NCBI GenBank assembly: GCA_951406725.2
Contig: OX597822.1
Location: 87,420,001 to 87,484,000, forward strand
Source of the DNA: Octopus vulgaris
Lineage: Eukaryota
Length of the DNA: 64,000 nt
Direction: 5' to 3'
The notes beneath the pieces were generated by a model that saw only the letters and a program-made list of their open reading frames with translations, ran no database searches and was not told the origin of the DNA. Numbering within the stretch: the stretch's first letter is position 1; each line of letters begins with the position of its first letter. The translations under genes were made by a program, and so were the position numbers. This document shows positions 1-13,900 of the stretch, piece by piece.

Positions 1-199
1 GTGGCTGTTTCTGCTTTCATTGCCAATATTTCAGCTCTATGCAACAATTCCACAAGTCTAACACATATACTATATCTTCCTAGTTCTGCAGAATCACAGA
101 CATTTACCACCTAAGAAAGCATTTCTAGATTGCAGGCTTCTTTTAAATAAATCTTATTGCACATGGAAAGTAAAAGAAGGCATATAGCAAACCAGTTAC

Positions 200-251
200 C
201 ATGCAGTTTTCGATCCAAGATCATCTTTGACAGATTCTTCTCAACTTCATT
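200..251 (-). CDS. PSMD11: PSMD11 exon 12 ([17 protein letters not shown])
   Basis: TAG acceptor, GTAACT donor, 52 nt; winged-helix part of the PCI domain. Confidence 0.93.
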
Positions 252-3200
252 CTACAAGAATAAAAGAAAATCTTTAAATTCACAATAAGAGAATATAAAA
301 GTACTTCAAACATGGACAAGTATAAGTTAAGATTTATATTTTAGTTCTTAAAAAGTTTCTCATATTTTTATATGTACTTCATCTCATCTATTTTAAGGTA
401 CCCTCAAACCTAAAAAAAAAAGAAAGATTTACATCTTTATTCAAGCAAATCTGTAGCAGAAAGAATTAAAGCCAAACTTAATGTACAGTACACAAGTGTG
501 TGTGTGTGTAAACATATGGAGATAATGACACAAACAACATGCTTGGGCTTGATATATGAACTACACACACTGAGACAAGGTGGTATCAAAACGTTCCCAG
601 GCTAGTTCTATAGCGCACCATCAGATGCATACACGGTGAAAGCTAGCAGTTGCCTTCATGAGGTAGTGTGTTGAGTGACACTGCTGTGTTCACATTGCAA
701 GTTGTGAAAATTGTGTTTTTGTGACCACGCGTATGCTGTAGTCTGCAATTTTTATAATGGACAGGAACAAAGAGCCAATGTGAAATTTTGCATTAACCTT
801 TGTGTTCGCATTATTCTGCCATAATTAAAGCTTTTTCATCCTCATTGCTTTGAACTAATCATGTATTATCTTGTAGCTATGAGATTTTGATGAGGTAGCT
901 GTTAATTTTTAAAACGATATTGTAGGGTTGGTGTGAGAGACCAGATATGGCTAGTTTGAACATAAAACAGGCAGAATACTTTTGGTCGGATATGGCCGGT
1001 TTAAATGCTAATGGGTTAAACTGAGAAAGTCTGCTACAGAGACATTAAGCATGCTTTGGCAAGCTTACAGTAATGAGTCTTGTGCAATGTTTCGAGTAGC
1101 ACAGGCACTTCAAAAGTGGAAGATTATGAGAGATCTGGAAGACCTGCATCACCCCAACAAATGTGGTATTGTGCATTGAGAATTTGTTCCCCAGGGCCAG
1201 ACTGTAACCTTTTGAAGCATCTGAGTGGTGAGGACATTTAGCGAAAGTAAGTGGATCTGTGGAGCAGCTTCATGATGACAATACACTTTGTCACCAAGAT
1301 CACCTCACTAGGGACTTTCTCACCAAAAACAACATGGTATTGCTTCTGCACCTGTCCTATTTGCCAGATTTAGCACCTGTAAACTTCAATCTCTTCCCCA
1401 AGATGAAAGCGCAGCTCAAAGGCTGCCATTTTACCACCTTTGTCAAGATCTAGAGTGAATCGCAGAAGGTCCTTGACTCACTTATGGAAAACAACTTCCA
1501 GTCTGGATTCCAAAACTGGCAAGAACGCTAAGACTGGTGTATTGTTGTTCAAGGTGACTATTTCAAAGGAGATGAAGTTAAAACTTAGGTAAATAAGTTA
1601 TTTTTTTAATTAAATGTAACTGGTACAGGAACTTTTTGATACCATCTCTTACATGTGAATACATACAAGAATATATATGTAGAGAGAGAGAAACTGAAAA
1701 TATCCAGAAGATGAACATTCATGTATAAACATACAGAGATTTATATATTTACAGAACAAACTGACATGGAGTAAAAAAGATACAGAAAACTAAGGGAGGA
1801 GGGCATGGTACTTCAGATTCGACAGCTGTTTTCTGGGGGCTCAGAATTACTTAATAGTTACCAACCTTTCCACCCTGAAAATGGAAGCCTGCTTTACAGT
1901 AATGTTTATATTTATCCACTACTGGTTGCATATTCATTACTTTTTGCATACTCCATCTGCCAATATTAAAACTATTATGTAATTCTGAGCCCCCCAAAAA
2001 CAGCTGTTTATATAGATGTGCAAGACACCTATATCTGTCCCTCAATACAACCCCACCTCCTTAGATGAGGAGGTCTTGTTTTGTAAGTTACTGGGTGACT
2101 TCACTGCTACTGGTGCCGTGCAAAAAGCACCCACTACACTGTAAAGTGGTCAGTATTAGGAAGGGCATCCAGCCATAAAAACCATGCCAAAGCAGATAGC
2201 AGAGGTTAGTGCCGTCTTCTAACTTGCCAGCTCCTGTCAAACCATCCAACCCACACCAGCATAAAAAGCAGAAGTTAAATGATGATGATGATATACAAAC
2301 ACACTGACCTGTGATAATTTAATAATTTCTGCAATACGCTTGATCTGAAAGAAAGAAATAAAATGAAAATGAAATGATGTAACCATCATAGAGAGAAGAT
2401 GGCATGGAAACGACTATCTTCTACTTATGTAACCAGTACAGCTAAAGGATATAAATGGCCTTTTTCTATTAGTTAAAGTGGATAGTAAAATTTGCAGGAT
2501 TAAAAACATGGACATTTTATTTTTTAAGATCTTTAAATAATGCAGGTGAAAAGTTAGGCAAAATATGTCAGGTGATGCCAATAAAGAGACAGACAAGATC
2601 TTGTATCACCCTACATATGTTATTTAATACTTCTGTTATATTTCAGAAAATGCTTCAAGCAAATAACAATCCTCTTTTTTAGTCAATAGTTTACCTTTAT
2701 ATCTTTTTTTTTTTATTACACTCTTCTCAGTATTGTAAAAATATACATTCTCAAATAAATTAAGGTAATTGGAAATTAATATGCAAAATTAGTTTTTAAT
2801 AAAACTGCTCTGTTTTTATACTAGTCTGGAATCAATATGAATTACTAAAACCCATTGAAGACAGTACTCCAGTATGGCCACAGTCCAAGCAAGAAAGATA
2901 CAAGAGTATCAACAAAAATTGCTGTTGCGTCTGGGGAGAGTCATTCTCTTTTAGTGCCTTCAAATCCAAAAATGAAGCAAAAATTACATTTATGGTAAAA
3001 TTAGTAGGAAATAATTGGAACCAAATCTTTTATTAGTAAATGCTATAAACCTCTTCTTGTTTACTTTTTGGCTTTATTTCTATGTGTAATAGACTAATAT
3101 AGTAAACCTAGGTCTTTTCAGAAGCACAAAACCACAGCATCTTTAAATAGAGATCTACAAGAGCAGTTTGATATAAAAATCAACTGAAATGTTAAGAGAG

Positions 3201-6200
3201 TGTACTAAACTAAATGTATATTTATTATGGTAGGAGTTTGGTACAAAGAGTAGCTGGCTTTACCTTAAATTAAATTGATTCTTTGTAATACAAAGATGAA
3301 ATTCCATTAATTTTAGCTCTTTTGATGATTGATAAAATAAGTATCAGATCTGCTACAGATGAATCCAATTCATTTTTGGATAATGAAAAGAAACTTTCAA
3401 TTCTCTCAACTTGTGTTTGGTATTTTATTCTTTTATCATTTTACTCCACATTTTTATAAGCTAGTTTAAAAATATAACTACAGTGAAAATTATTGATACT
3501 TAGAGAAAGAAGGCCCATGGTCTTTTTTCAGCACCTCCCAAACTGGTAGGAAGAAGTTATCCAGAATGGATGCATTGTCCAAATACTTGCAACAAAATGG
3601 ATTCTGTTTCCAACAGTTTCAATCTACCAAATTTTCACTTACAAAGCTTTGGTTGACTCTAAGATATAGTAAAAGACAAACAACAGCACAGCAGAATCAA
3701 ACTGAAAGCAAACTTCTTAAACTACACAGTTATGTCTGCATCCTGTGCAGCTCTACAAGACACACACAAATAAACAGATCCTTTGCTGGTTTCAACAATG
3801 AAGCTGTGTGACCAATGAACCTATTCACTGAATTCTAGTAAAAGTAGCTGAATATTTCATAGACACTTGTAGACTTGATGGGCTTCCATAGCTGACAGTT
3901 AACCTAATTTCACTCACAAAGCTTGGATCAACAAGAGATTATAGAAGAGATTTGCTCAAGATGTTACAGAGTAGGACGAATCTCTGATCCTCAAGATAAC
4001 ATCCATAACAAATTCAAATCTAAAGAAAAACAAATTAACAACATACCTGAACTCTGGAAAATGGTTCAATAATTCGGCAAAGATTTTGTTCCAGCAGGTT
4101 GTCGTAAAGAGTTAGGAAATGTACTTGAACAATGGGATCTTTAAAGAGTTCTTCTTGGTAGCGATTTAAAGTCTGCAGTTTAAAGAGACCAATACTTAAA
4201 TGGATTATAGAACATATTAACAGATTAGCAAAACAAAATATAACTGCCTAAAATAATAAACCAATTAATTATTTTGATTAGTGGGTATTAGAAATTAAAA
4301 CATTTGCTGCTTATCATGCAGCCTGACATTTCTCAGAACACCACAGTTTCTCATCCTACAACCTTGTTAAAATATCACTAATGACTATTAGATTATTTAT
4401 TTAGTAATGAAGTCTACCACTTTCAGTTGAGAAGTCCTGACAATTACAAAGAATGTTTACTGCTATACATCCATTTTTGCAAGCTGTTATGGTATATTTT
4501 CTTTTAGAAGTAAATATCTTTCTCATTGATGACCAATCAAACAAAAAACAGAAGCAAGCTTCTTGTTCATTTTTGTCATCTGCAGGAAAACTAGAGCAAA
4601 CAGTTAAGGTGACCCAAATCAGTGGCTGTAAGATCTCAACTTGGGGCCACACAATCAGTAATCCATCAGCTTAACTATATGGATATTGAATGTGTGTGTG
4701 AGAGAGATTCCTATTTATCTCTCAATGATTTGTACACCTAGCTATATGCATGTGGCACCTGTAACCAGTATAATATAATGCTGTAGAAATAGTATTGTGG
4801 AATTTTCTAAGCATGGGAAACTGATGAGAATTACACACTTTTATTTAGTATTACACATATATGGATTTCAGCAAAGAATTAGCTTCTTTGGAATTTACCA
4901 AGGGTTTTGTAACTTCTAGAACCTAATTACTACCTTATACTACTTAATTATCACTTGAAAGGTGCCTAACAATGATTTTTATTGCTATTATTTGTCTTAT
5001 CCTACGCCAACAAATATACAATTTTGATGTACATTAATAAAGTGAATTTGATGCAATCCTATTACAAACAGACTGCATTCTACTTAAGTGACCCAACAGA
5101 GTGTAACATCTGGAGTAGGTCTTGTTACTTTCCAATGAAAAATATTGTTATCTAATAATAATATACTTGTATATTCAGATTAGTGCTCTCATCTTGGTTG
5201 TTATAGTTACATTGGAGCTACTGTAGCCTCCAGCCTTCTTCAGGTGCCTGTCTTATAGTCATCATCAACATTCATGTCCCATACTGGCATGGACTGCATG
5301 GTTTGACAGGATCTGATGGGTCCAAGGACTACATCATGCTCCAATGTCTGCATTAGCATAGCTTCAGTAACTGGAAGCCTTTTCTAATGCCAACAACATT
5401 ACAGTGTGTAATGGGTGTTTTTTTTCATGCCACCAGCACTGATGAGGTCATCGTGCAGCTGACAAGACTACAAACCCAGAAGGATTGGAGCAGTTTGATG
5501 CTAGAGGATGACAGAGCAGGGATAGAGCAGGTTCTTGTAAAATACCTGCATGATCACTCACATTTAATAAGGGGTTCTTGGAATTTTTAATCAAACTCTT
5601 TATTAGCTCATGAGGTTAGCTTGTTCTCATTCCACTATTTGTACAATACATGATATTCTCTAATTAGTTATTCTTGTGATGTCATTTACTCATTGCACTT
5701 GAATCAAAGTTTTTAAAACTAACTTACTGTGCTTTTTTTTTTGTAATGCTCTTCCTAAAGGCTCCCATAGGATATTTCAATTCTATGCTAGGTCTACTGA
5801 AAAGGTTATCAAAGTCCAGTGTATGTGCCGATTCTTAGTGTTGTAGACACTATGAATGACTGTTTGACAAGGTTTGGAGTGTCTTTTTCCTCCACAAGAT
5901 GAGAGCGCTAGTCTATCTACAATTCCATGTATAATAATGAAATAATGATTATCACTCTTCTCAGAAACTAATATTATTTTCTTTTACTGTCAGCATAAAA
6001 TATCCTTTAACTTCAGTTTTAATCATTAAAATATGCTTTCAATGTGAATTATTTTGTTAACAATTTAATTAACATGACTTGATATTCATTCCTTTCAAAG
6101 AGAAATATTTTATATTTATATATCTGTAAGAGCAAAAGTACCTTAAGTTGTGGCAATTTGCTTAAAAGGAAAAATGTAATGAAGGCAATCAAACACAAAG

Positions 6201-7703
6201 AATTATCTTTTTAAATAACAAAATAGAAAACAATAAGTTTTTATACAGCTAAGAAAAAACATAAAACCTTGACTTTATTAGACAAATAACATAAAACTGC
6301 ACCTCACCTCAGTGAAATCAGCTAAAGATCTCTTCTGGCTTGCTTGAGCTATACTTTTCATAGCATCAATATTAGGGCCTGTGTATTTCAGAGCTATTTT
6401 CCCACTGACAATTGCTTGCACTTCATCAGCTCTAAGAGAAAATAATTTTTTAAAAAATATATATATATTCTATAAATAGATTCACATGTAAAGATATAAT
6501 TAAAAGAATTCTCAGAGTGCAGCATGTTCTTTTAGATATGTAGCTGGATCACAAACACTAATCTGAGTTCACATTAAACCAATTGCATACTGAAAGGCTA
6601 TTCAGCAGTAAGATATTTGAATTTTACATTAGAACAATGCCTTGTGAGAAGAGTTTGGTAAATGGAAACTAGACAGAAACTCATTGTCTAAATACACACA
6701 GGCACTCCTCTACTTGCATATGAGTTCTATTTGATCAACATATATATATATATATACACACACATACACATGTTTGTCCCCCCCATCACTGAATAACAAC
6801 CAGTGTTGGTGTGGTTATGTCTCCATAACTTAGCAGTTTGGCAAGACAAACCCATAGATTAAGTACTAGGCTTAAAAAATAAGTCCTGGGGTCGAATTGT
6901 TCAACTAAAACCCTTCAGTGCAGTGCTCCAGCATGGCCACAGTCAAAAGGCTGAAACATGTCAAAGAAATACATATCATCATCATCATTTAACGTCCGTG
7001 TTCCATGCTAGCATGGGTGGGATGGTACCACAAGAGCTGGTTCGGCCAAAGCCTGCACTAGACTTCTGTGACTGTTTTGGCAGGAGAGGGTCTTTGTTAC
7101 TAACAGAGGTAGTAGCTCTTTGAAATTTGCCCAGCTTATTTTTATTCTCACAGCTATGCTTTTGGAACAATGTATATCATTACCACCTGGTTACCTGAGT
7201 AACAGAAACGGTTTACTACTTCTAAGGATCCTCCTTGACATTTGAGGTAATCTATTTTCTTTGTTAGTCATCCAGTGAGTATCTCTTATGTGCTCATAGC
7301 TTACACTGAGTACACCTTATGAAGTTTCTCCCAATTCTTTTTCTACATATCGAGCAGGACCATCTCCCTGAAGGGATCTGTGATTTGTTTGTTTTCATAT
7401 TTATTAGTACTCCCAGCTGTATCCCCCCTGAAGCACATCTGGTTATTCCATTATTACAATCCAATATGTAGTCTCACTTGCTGCTGTATGTTTGTTCAAA
7501 ACACATATTAAAATTTACATATTAAAATTGAGTATTAGGGAAATATTATTGTATAACAGTAATAATTTAACTTCTGTCTTGAGAATTTCTAATAGGAAGT
7601 TCCTTATACGCCTAACCTGTAAAATTGTGCAACTATTAGCAAATGAAACACATGTAATAGTAGATAAATAAATAGATTATTATCTATTTATTTATCCATT
7701 ATT

Positions 7704-7745
<42 letters not shown>

Positions 7746-7864
7746 ATAAAATAATATGTTACATTACACGACTATCGTGTAATGTAACATTATTTTATAG
7801 ATAAATTTCCTCTATTTACATAATATTGAGGTCTCTTTCTTTCTTTTGTTATCTTACCGTTTTA

Positions 7865-7911
<47 letters not shown>

Positions 7912-10900
7912 CATAGATGAGAATAAGATATTCTAATTGTAAAATATATTAAGTAGTGCTCAAGAAATTTAAGCTTGAGCAGGTATAGAAGTAAATGTAG
8001 GGATAAGCAAGTTAGACAGATCAAAAATATAAAGTACATTAAATACATGAAATACAAAAAAATGTAAGGTTCAACTTACATAGGATACAAATGATATAAA
8101 GAATTAAAGGGGTTGAAGAAAACTATTACAAATTCCTTGAATTTTCTATATCATTTATATTGTGTAAGACGTTTTTGTATGTAAACATATATACATTGTT
8201 TGTATTTCATGTATTTTGTATATATTTCTTTACTACCCACAAGGGGCCAAACAAGGACAGACAGACGGATTAAGTCATTTATATCGACCCCAGTGCATAA
8301 CTGGTACTTATTTAATCGACCCCGAAAGGATGAAAGGCAAAGTTGACCTCGGCGGAATCTGAACGTAACGGCAGATGAAATATGGCTATGCATTTCGCCC
8401 AGCGTGCTATACTTTATATATTGATCTAACTTGCTTATTCCTACATTTACTTAGACACACACACACACACAATGAAAATATATTTGAACAGATAACTTAC
8501 AGATTGAGCATGATTTTACACATTAACATATATTTTAGAGCAATGATGGCTTTGGGACTGTCAATAGAGTCGTAACCTTCAAACGCTTCATAAAAATATG
8601 AATACGCAGTCTTAAAATCTTTCTCATCAGCAGCATGGAGGATACCTGCAGGGATAACAACAATGGATAGTGAGAAGGATTATTTTATCATCAGGGATTT
8701 TTAAAGATTACGAATTACTAGAGCAACTAGCCTGTTGGGAAAAAATATCCATCTTAGAAACTTTGGAAAAACTGAGATACTCTATCTGCAAATCCTTCTG
8801 AAATGCTACATATTTTAGAATTTGATATTTTTATATAGATTGATTATTTAATCATCATCATCGTTTAACGTCCATTCTCCATGCTAGCATGGGTTGGACG
8901 GTTCAACTAGGGTCTGGGAAGCCAGAAGGCTGCGCCAGGCCCAATCTGATCTGGCAGTGTTTCTACAGTTGGATGCCCTTCCTAACGCCAACCACTCCAT
9001 GAGTGTAGTGGGTGCTTTTTACGTGCCACCTGCACAGGTGCCAGACGAGGCTGGCAAACGGCCATGATCGGATGGTGCTTTTACGTGCCACTGGCACGGG
9101 GCCAGATGAGGCTGGCAACGGCCACAATCGGATGGTGCATTTTACGTGCCACCGGCACGGAGGCCAGTCAGGGTGGCGCTGGCAACGGCCACGTTCGGAT
9201 GGTTCTCTTACGTGCCATCGGCACTGGTATCACAGCTACAATTTCCATTGATGTTGATCGATTTCGATACTTCTTTAAAGTTCAAAAGATTATAAATCTG
9301 TACCAAAGTCAGTTGTAACTGGTAAAGTCAATAAGATAAAGTTCTACTGGCAAACACTGCGTTTGTTTCAGCTAACGAAAAATTTTATATAAATTTTTAA
9401 AAAGTAGCAGCAAATAATACTCCACTTACCTGATTGCAAATCTAAAGCTGCCTGGAGTTTAGGTGGACAGTAAATACCATTTGCTGTAGTTCTTCCTGAA
9501 GTCAAAGCAGCCCTTGAGAATAGAACCAAAAATATTTCTGAATGAATATATATATATATGAATGTATGCATATATATTAAGAATGTTTAGAAAGAGATAA
9601 TTAATAGTATAAGACTAACAGATATATAAAAAAAATGGAGGCAGAGTTTTAGATCAGGACACCCACATAAGTTGGTTCCCCACTGCCCACCACCACAATT
9701 TTCTCTCTTACCATGGCCTTTGAAATGATGGGGGTGGGGCATCCTTCTATGAAAATAAGTTTTTGAAAATTTTTGACAATTTATGAGTTTCTCTCACCTC
9801 CCTGCCAAAACTCCACCTCCATTTTTTTTTTTTTGTATATCCAGCTGTCTTCGATTAATTACATTTTTCTAAACATACTTATTTTCCTTCTGTTACACTT
9901 TATATAGCTCTGTATACTCCAATCTACCATACCAATTTTACTGTTCTTACTCTATCTTCCTCTCTCTCTCTCATCCTGGTTTAACTTTCACTTTATTTCT
10001 CTTTTTGTTGATATTACTCTCTATATTTCTTAAACACAATATCTGCAAACTTCTCTCTTATTCCTTTAAACTTTCACTTTCTTTTCTCTCTCTATTATTA
10101 ATACCTCTAGGTTATTAATGATAACTTACCTCTCCCTCTCTCATCATACATCATCTTTACATACTTCACCACTACCCATAATTTGCTTTTTAATATCTTA
10201 CTAAATCTATTATCCTCTCCTCTTATAGTAAATTGTTTTATTAATTATTGTTTTCCATACTTCGGAAATTTGATGATGTTTTGTTTGTATGTGTATACTG
10301 GAGTTGAAAAATTTATGTAACCATGATATTCTGTCAATCTGATGAACTAACTGGATCTAGTCTTTTCTCATTGTCCTGATGAAACACCACTCCTTTTAGA
10401 TTCACAAAAACGGGCCTTTGTTTTCTTCAATGCAGCATTCAAATGTTCTAACTGCTGATAATAGATTTGAGCATTAATTGGTAACAACTCAAAGTGGATG
10501 ACTCCTTTGCAATCCTACCACACTGAGAGAATAAGCTTCTTCGCATGGAATTCCATTTTCGGTTGCAGTTGGGTCTTTTCCTCTTCACCAAGGCAATGTC
10601 ATTTGTGTTGATAGTAGCGTTATAGATATAATAACTAGGATATATGTTATATATACTAATTTTTCAGTACAGCCACTCTTCACTAATGCCTGATTATAGT
10701 GAAATGTAGTCCTGTTGATAACAAAGAGATTTTTCTACTGACGCCTGTGACTAGATTTTTAATTACAACTATGGGTGGTTGGAGTATTTATGAATATAAA
10801 TAATTTCTACATTGACTTTCTACAATAGTACTTGCCTGTCCTGAGGTTTAGAAAGTTGACTTTAGTCAAGTTAGTGATAACTATTATATTTAGGCCAAAT

Positions 10901-13900
10901 TCTTTGCAGATTTTCATCAGATTATTTCATATGGCCTCAGGTTACCAGGTCATCCTTATACAGGACCAAACTATGAGAGTGTGTGCATTTCTTTAGGATA
11001 ACCAAAATAACCTGATGAAATTACTGACCTCAGTCCTGTTGTAGCTCCCCAATGATATAGCAAACAATGAGCTGCCATTGTGAGGAACCATTGTGAAACA
11101 GGATTGATTCTCTTGTATTCCTGATTCTGTTATCAAGGTCATGTTTGTGAACTGCTCACTAAGGGCTAGGACCTTCAGAAGGTATTTTAATACTGAAGGG
11201 TAGAAATTCATATGGAACAAGATGAACTTGCAGGCTACTTTATCCTTGGCGTCACAAAATCAATTACTGCAGAACTAGAATCTCATCGAGTCAACCCCAT
11301 AGCCCTTCTGATACCAGAGCTGATGGCATCAAGAATACACTTGCTTACAATACCTATCTCATTGTTAGAGAAGTTAATCAGCATACATTTAAGATTAGTG
11401 AAAATCGAACATAGAAATTATAATTCTCCAATACAGTACCTGTCTAAAAACAGTCAAGGCCTTTTCTCATTGCACACCTACAAACTATTTTTTGGGGTTT
11501 TTTTTTGCTTTACAGATTAAATTAAGACAATTTGGTTGATTGCAATACTTTCATTTCAGTAACATTGATGTGATTTTAATGTTCAGCATTCCCCCCAGGT
11601 ATGTCACACAATTAAAAACTTAAACACTCTGTGATGACTAAAATAATATTTACCTGGCTTTTGGCAGATTAGAGAGGGCATAGTAGATCTTGCTTTCTAA
11701 TAGTTGCACTTCTACCAACAATGCCTTATCATCCAATTCCTTCAGTTCTTTCAGCAATGTAGCAGCTGCAATATATGGACACGAAGGTTAAAAGATCAGT
11801 TTAAATGCATGCATCACTTCACACAAACATACTAGACTATAGCTGAGACGTGATCATTCACTAGATAATGTAGACTCGTTTACCAACACTACATCCACAA
11901 CCCCATCATTGAATTTTTGACTTCTACAACAAAGGCAATAAATGTTGTAAAATACAGAGTTTCAGATGAAAGCAATAATTCTGACAATATATATTGTGTT
12001 TAACCCCAGATCAACATTGATCTAGCCACCCCATCTCATTTTTATAACAAACATCTCGGTGTGAAATATCTCTAAGATGGTACATTATGCTTTGAGGGAA
12101 GTTTTACTGCTATATCTTCTAAGAGATTCCTACACAGACTGATGATATATAGTAGACTTGAATATGGCAAACTACATACTTCAGTTTTCTGAGCTACAAT
12201 GTTGTCGCCACTTTATTGGTTTGGTTGTTTACATAATCAAAACAACAGGAACTTAAAACCAAATTGAAACAAGTGACAAAAGAAAAAGTGGGGCAGAAAG
12301 GAAATTAAAAAAACTTTTGATTGAAGAAATAGGAACTGAGCTTTTGCAGAGACTCTGGAATTAGGGAATTTCTTTCAATATGGCACACATGCCAGTGGCA
12401 CGTAAAAAGCACCCATTACATTATCGGAGTTGTTGGTATAAGGAAGGGCATCCAGCTGTAGAAACCTTGCCAAATCAGATAGGGACTTAGTGCAACTCCC
12501 CGGCTTACCAGTTTTTCATTCAAACCGTCCAACCCATGCCAGCATGGAAAGCAGACATTAGATGATGATGATGATGATGATGTGTGTGTCATAAGGGTGA
12601 GAGTGCATACAGACAAAATATACGAGACATATTACTTGTCTCTAGAGCTATCACATTTAAATATGTGAAGAATTTTCTTACGAAAAAGAAAAAGTCAATA
12701 GTCTATCAGGAGACAAAATCAGCCCAAATATTCTGAATATAAGAGTTGCTGGAGAGATAGATATGGATTCATAGAGTAGCTGGCTATTGCTGTTACTACT
12801 TGCTAAAAGAACTCATTAAAATGTCAGATTTGCAAAACCTGTCAACATATTTCAGCAATAAAATAAACACATTATATAGAAAAAAAAGATGAAATACAAA
12901 GTTAAAGATAAAATATAGCTAACTTACATTGGGCCAAAGCTTTTTCATAACTTTTAGTATCATAATACACTGAAATTAATCTTGCCTACAAAAAATAAGA
13001 CCAAAATAAAAAATGAATTGTATGTTTACTGAAATGGTTTAACAGACTCGAAAAACACAGTTGAACAGAATGATTTAGAAGGTTTGGATGTTGAACCACA
13101 TACAACACAAGTTCTAATTCTACAAATATTAGTCATGGGGTTTGTTGTGTAACCAATGTAAAATTCAAACTGTTTAGTTGCCAACAGGTTTTGTCACATT
13201 CCATGGTTGTTGCTATTTAGCCCTAGGTTAACTCAGGTAGAGAAAATCTATCAAATGCAAACCAGCCTTGACCAATCTGCCTTCTTAGAGGAATCTAGGA
13301 CTATATTAATTTTACCTTCCTTCTTTTGTTTGAAGACAGAAAGAGGATTTGAAGATTTAGTTGCTGTTTCTAGCAGGTCAAACAATGCAGAGGTTCATTT
13401 CTTAGCTCATATCCATGGTTGACTGGTTAGTTATAGGAAGCACTTCTAACTATACAAACTGATACTCTGATGTTGTGCAACTGTCCAAATTTTAAAAACT
13501 TCACCTGTGATCTCTGAATTTGTTAGAAATAACCAAATCTCCCTTAAACTACATATATGCATACACATACATTGTGGTCATCAACTCAATTTCGAGTGTA
13601 AGCACTTTCTTAATACAGGCACATGCCTGCTACAGGTTTGATAACTTTTCTGCCTACCACACTCATGGATTTTCAATCTGGCAGTAAATATTTTTTAAAA
13701 AGTCACTTTTGGACATAAAAGACAACCAATGCACCACTAGGGATATTGAAACTGTTTGCATATAAGCATCATGTGTTGGTCTTCTAACATGTGACCTTCC
13801 ATGAATGGCAAGATTGAAAGTGTAATGCAGCCTTAAACAATGTGAGTGAGATCACTTCTGAGTTCTCAATTATACAGAGCTGCAAAAGCCTGCAGTTTAA

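Noticed and set aside
1-199. Final PSMD11 exon (GILDQG...)
   Set aside because: No matching translation found in 1-199; it must lie outside the window.
11270-11300. In-frame TGA in the Penelope RT relic as selenocysteine
   Set aside because: It aligns to a conserved Trp position (TGG to TGA) in a heavily decayed, frameshifted copy.
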